From the NCBI RefSeq assembly GCF_001194135.2, contig NC_069003.1:10044794-10084437 (forward strand): a stretch of DNA of 39,644 nucleotides, in the 5' to 3' direction. Positions 37,184-39,644 of this stretch are shown here, piece after piece. Position numbers and translations under genes: made by a program. The stretch's first letter is position 1. Every line of letters starts with the position of its first letter. This DNA is from Octopus bimaculoides (lineage: Eukaryota). The notes beneath the pieces are model-generated. The model searched no databases. It had not been told where the DNA came from and saw nothing but the letters and a program-made list of their open reading frames with translations.

Positions 37184-37240
37184 GAGATCACTATACTAAT
37201 CTAGTTTCCCTTAAAATTACAGCTCATCAGTAGTGACTTC
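37184..37240 (-). ncRNA. Degenerate type I hammerhead ribozyme motif in a probable Penelope pseudo-LTR
   Basis: Minus strand: GUCACUA-CUGAUGA-GCUGUAAUUUUAAGG-GAAA-CUAGAUUAG-UA-UAGUGAU. Stems I and III pair; stem II is mismatched. Confidence 0.65.
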
Positions 37241-37775
37241 TACATCAATCAATGGCTGATCCAGCAAAATGGTAACGTGAAGATTGTAAATTAATGAAGG
37301 CAGCTATACGCCAAAAATATTAAACCAAAAATGAAAAATTCAATTGTCATTAATTATGACTGACGGTGTAGTGTAGCACCTACATTATTAGAAATAAGAG
37401 TTGCCATTTTCCTGAATCATCCACTGATTCATATGGTAAATACTATACACTGACAATCGGAATTTAGCCAAACCATCCAGTGATGGAGTTGTCACTACTA
37501 ATGAGCTATATATANNNNNNNNNNNNNNNNNNNNNNNNNNNNNNNNNNNNNNNNNNNNNNNNNNNNNNNNNNNNNNNNNNNNNNNNNNNNNNNNNNNNNN
37601 NNNNNNNNNNNNNNNNNNNNNNNNNNNNNNNNNNNNNNNNNNNNNNNNNNNNNNNNNNNNNNNNNNNNNNNNNNNNNNNNNNNNNNNNNNNNNNNNNNNN
37701 NNNNNNNNNNNNNNNNNNNNNNNNNNNNNNNNNNNNNNNNNNNNNNNNNNNNNNNNNNNNNNNNNNNNNNNNNNN

Positions 37776-37807
<32 letters not shown>

Positions 37808-38381
37808 GCACACACACACAACCCACATGAAGTCGAAGAGTGGAATTTATTGTATTACAATTCTTTAGTTATGAGCGTTCAATACTACATGGTACATGCT
37901 AGATTCATTTCAAATCATAACTTACCATCTTTAAAAGGGAGTGGAATAGACTGGGTAATGTAATCTTCGATAGTCGCGGTTGGATTATCTTTGAAATACG
38001 CCTACACGCTCATGCTCAGAGGCTAAGCAGTTACCAACAACATAAGAGAAGAGACAAAACGGGAGCCTGTACATGGTTACACAACCCGCTAGAAATAGGA
38101 TGTCAATTCTCTCACACTCAAATCCCACGTAAAGGGGATATACCGATTAATATACTCCTAGATAGGTAATGCACCTGATAAGACTGGGATAGTGAAGGCT
38201 GAGATGTCGCAACAACAGTAGCATGACAACGACGATGGTAGCCACAACAGAAGCAAAAACAGCAGCGACGGCGAAGCCGGTGACATCGACAGACAGTATA
38301 CGATGGCGTTCGGCTTACAAAAGTGCATTGCAATTATCAAGCGGAAACAACCTTGTGACTAGACAGCCAGACAGATGAATT

Positions 38382-38609
38382 TATAAATATGCTAAGAATG
38401 TATTAAGAAGATACAATATGTAGTCTTACAATAAAAACGGTATTAAAATTATATACACAGAATAAAAACGCTATTAGAATTATATATACAGAATAAATAC
38501 GGTATTAAAATTATATACACAAAATTCTGTGTACATAATTTTAATACCGCTTTAATTGTAAGCAGGACTATATATTGTATGTTCATAATATATTCTTAGC
38601 ATATTTATA
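38382..38609. mobile_element. Foldback/MITE-like element with ~80-bp arms and 31-bp internal repeats
   Basis: Left arm 'ataaatatgctaagaat...ggtattaaaattatatacacagaa' is the reverse complement of 38525-38608; 'cg(g/c)tatta' at 38438, 38469 and 38500. Confidence 0.8.
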
Positions 38610-38639
38610 TATTTATATATATATATTTTTAATGTATTT

Positions 38640-39575
38640 TTGATATATTCCGACTGTAATTTGTATGTTGTTCCTTCAATGAGGTGGATGCAAGTCCTGC
38701 AGTTGGAACGACCACATTTTTTGACGGTGGGTGGTGGGCTTGTGTTGGGTAATTTTGCATTGGTGGGTAGGTTTTTTAGGGATTTATTATTTTATGGGTT
38801 GCGAGTACTTTTTTTTAGACGTGGGTCTTGATTCAGTAGTGTGATGTTCTTGTATATAATTGTGTAAGCTTCTGCATTTCTTGGATTGTGTGTTGAGAGA
38901 TATGGGAGACTATTTAATGTGCCGTGAGTGTGTTTCGGTTTTCGCAAGTCTTGGGTAGCAATTGTCTTAGCCCGTACTATTTCATTGTCAATTAATGATG
39001 CTGGGTAATGTCTTTCGAGAAGAACTGCCTTTAGTCCTTGGAGTCTTTTATTTCGTGTTCTATAATTTGGGACAATTGTACAGATTTTTCTCGCTAGGTT
39101 GAAGGGAATGTTTGTCTTCGTGTGCTTTGGGTGATTGGAGGTGAACAGAAGGTATTGTTTGGAATCAGTTGGTTTGTAATGGATATCAGTTTCAATGTTG
39201 GTGCCTTTTTTTATAATGAGAATGCCAAGAAAAGGAAGTTGATCTTGACTATATTCCATTGTAAATTGGATATGGTTGTTGACATTATTGATTAAGTTTT
39301 TGAAATCAATGAGTTGGTCGAGTGTGTGGGACCAGAGGATGAGGCAATCATCCAAGTAGCGTTTCCAATTCTCCAACAGGTATTTGTGGAAAGACAGGCC
39401 GTATTTAGTTTTGGATCCTTCATAGATTTGTAATTCTAGGTAGGCCATCACCAGATTTGCATAAGTAGGGGCAGCTTTAGTACCCATTGCAGTCTCTGAT
39501 ACCTTTCTGTAGGTGTTATTATTAAGATTCAACAAGTTGTTTTGGAGGATAGACTTAAGGCCCTCGATGATGAAT
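38640..39575 (-). mobile_element. Penelope-like element fragment: RT C-terminal half, thumb and Cys linker
   Basis: TAMGTKAAPTYANLVM, RYLDDC, LPFLG, HYKPTDSKQYL..TSNHPKH; after a stop, another frame reads KCGRSNCRTCIHL. No GIY-YIG nuclease is visible. Confidence 0.92.
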
Positions 39576-39613
39576 TCTTTTATATATATATACATATATA
39601 TACATACATACAT

Positions 39614-39644
<31 letters not shown>

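Overview
Eukaryotic, repeat-rich animal genomic DNA with assembly gaps. The SINE, RTE and microsatellite landscape looks cephalopod (Octopus-like); that is an inference from recalled repeat families. Two host genes are visible, both on the + strand. (1) ATG14/Barkor (7039-20034): seven coding exons with GT-AG ends, and one further internal exon required by reading phase and probably hidden in the N gap 15016-15709. (2) An unnamed mucin-like gene: an intact phase-1/phase-1 Pro/Thr/Ser exon (33561-34103) and a SEA-domain-like exon (36265-36377), preceded by about 4 kb (26.2-30.2 kb) of decaying mucin-like coding sequence built partly from a 144-bp higher-order repeat of 72-bp monomers. Mobile DNA includes a Tx1/L1-type fragment, an RTE LINE with a nested insertion, a Penelope-like RT fragment, many tRNA-type SINEs, and a TIR element with an 8-bp TSD whose core is head-to-head TTAGGG/CCCTAA repeats. 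A degenerate hammerhead ribozyme motif lies in a probable Penelope terminal repeat. No CRISPR, rRNA or true tRNA genes are supported. I see no unambiguous new biological system; the mucin/SEA locus, the telomere-core transposon and the hammerhead are the best leads. All family assignments are from motif recognition, not database searches.
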